DNA of 64,000 nucleotides from a virus: IMG/VR virus record IMGVR_UViG_3300026078_000023, positions 1 to 64,000 of that record; one strand, 5' to 3'. Shown piece by piece: positions 63,603 to 64,000 of this stretch (position 1 is its first letter; each line of letters starts with the position of its first letter). The notes under the pieces were generated by a model. It saw only the letters and a program-made list of their open reading frames with translations, ran no database searches and was not told where the DNA came from. The position numbers and the translations under genes were made by a program.

Positions 63603-64000
63603 TCAGCCGGCGCTCCTCTCGCGCTGGCACGGAGGGCACTCGCACTCGGTCTGCAGGGCGACGTGCTGGTCCCATTCCGGTGGGTGGGGGGCCAGCACCG
63701 AGATCCTGACGTCGTCGATCAGGCCTGCGCGGCTCGGATGCGGGTCCCAGACCATCTTCCCGTGGCGGGCGACGACGATGTGCCTCTCGGCGGCGCCCAG
63801 CGTCCCCGTGCGCACCGTCGTCCCGCTCAGGAAGTGGTACCCCGGGTCGCGGAACGCGAACACCGACAGGATCGTCGACGGGAGCCTGTCGAAGTACGCG
63901 AGTCCGTGGTGCTTCCTCAAGTAGGCCTGCAGCAGGTTCTGGAAGTACGGCTCCTGCCGGCGCCCGTCAGGCCCGCGTCGATCGCACGCGGACTGATCCG
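63603..64000 (-). CDS. hypothetical protein (start uncertain, possibly at or beyond the window edge)
   Basis: HIVVARHGKMVWDPHPSRAGL. Confidence 0.5.
   Translation of the reverse strand, partial: DQSACDRRGPDGRRQEPYFQNLLQAYLRKHHGLAYFDRLPSTILSVFAFRDPGYHFLSGTTVRTGTLGAAERHIVVARHGKMVWDPHPSRAGLIDDVRISVLAPHPPEWDQHVALQTECECPPCQRERSAG

Noticed and set aside
1817-63709. Many long plus-strand ORFs (e.g. 1817-3433, 41409-43364, 55112-56968, 59229-61019)
   Set aside because: Antisense shadows of motif-bearing minus-strand genes in stop-poor high-GC DNA; no recognisable domains

Overview
A 64 kb segment of a very GC-rich (about 70-75%) myovirus-type phage or prophage. A Myxococcota-like host is suggested by the GC content and Cys-rich lipoproteins (inference). 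Essentially all real genes are on the minus strand, tightly coupled by ATGA/GTGA overlaps; most long plus-strand ORFs are antisense shadows. In transcription order (right to left): contractile-tail baseplate and two tail fibres (63601-51760); glycosyltransferase, lipoproteins, papain-like protease and holin-like genes (51763-45831); RuvC-like resolvase, early genes, DUF932 and a phage sigma factor (45797-40264); UvsW-like helicase, UDG-like protein, initiator/DnaC/DnaB and a T4-style recombination set (39508-26208); then an accessory region. The accessory region holds a TerS candidate, a HerA-like ATPase, a lysozyme, a DNA methylase, a J-domain protein and a full 7-deazaguanine DNA-modification operon (ParB-like, dpdA, DUF6884, queC, folE, queD, queE). 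Highlights: (1) the large terminase is split into separate ATPase and nuclease genes 16.8 kb apart; (2) the DUF6884 gene in the modification operon is frameshifted in a G11 tract, a candidate phase-variable modification switch; (3) queE is coupled to a Fe/Mn-SOD-like protein with a whole HExxH metallopeptidase domain inserted in it; (4) three promoter classes are visible, including a 10-copy CCGGCCAACA motif at fixed spacing from ATG that may be read by the phage sigma factor; (5) two structured intergenic RNA candidates. No tRNA, rRNA, CRISPR array, integrase, capsid or portal gene was recognised. All family assignments come from visual motif recognition, not database searches.
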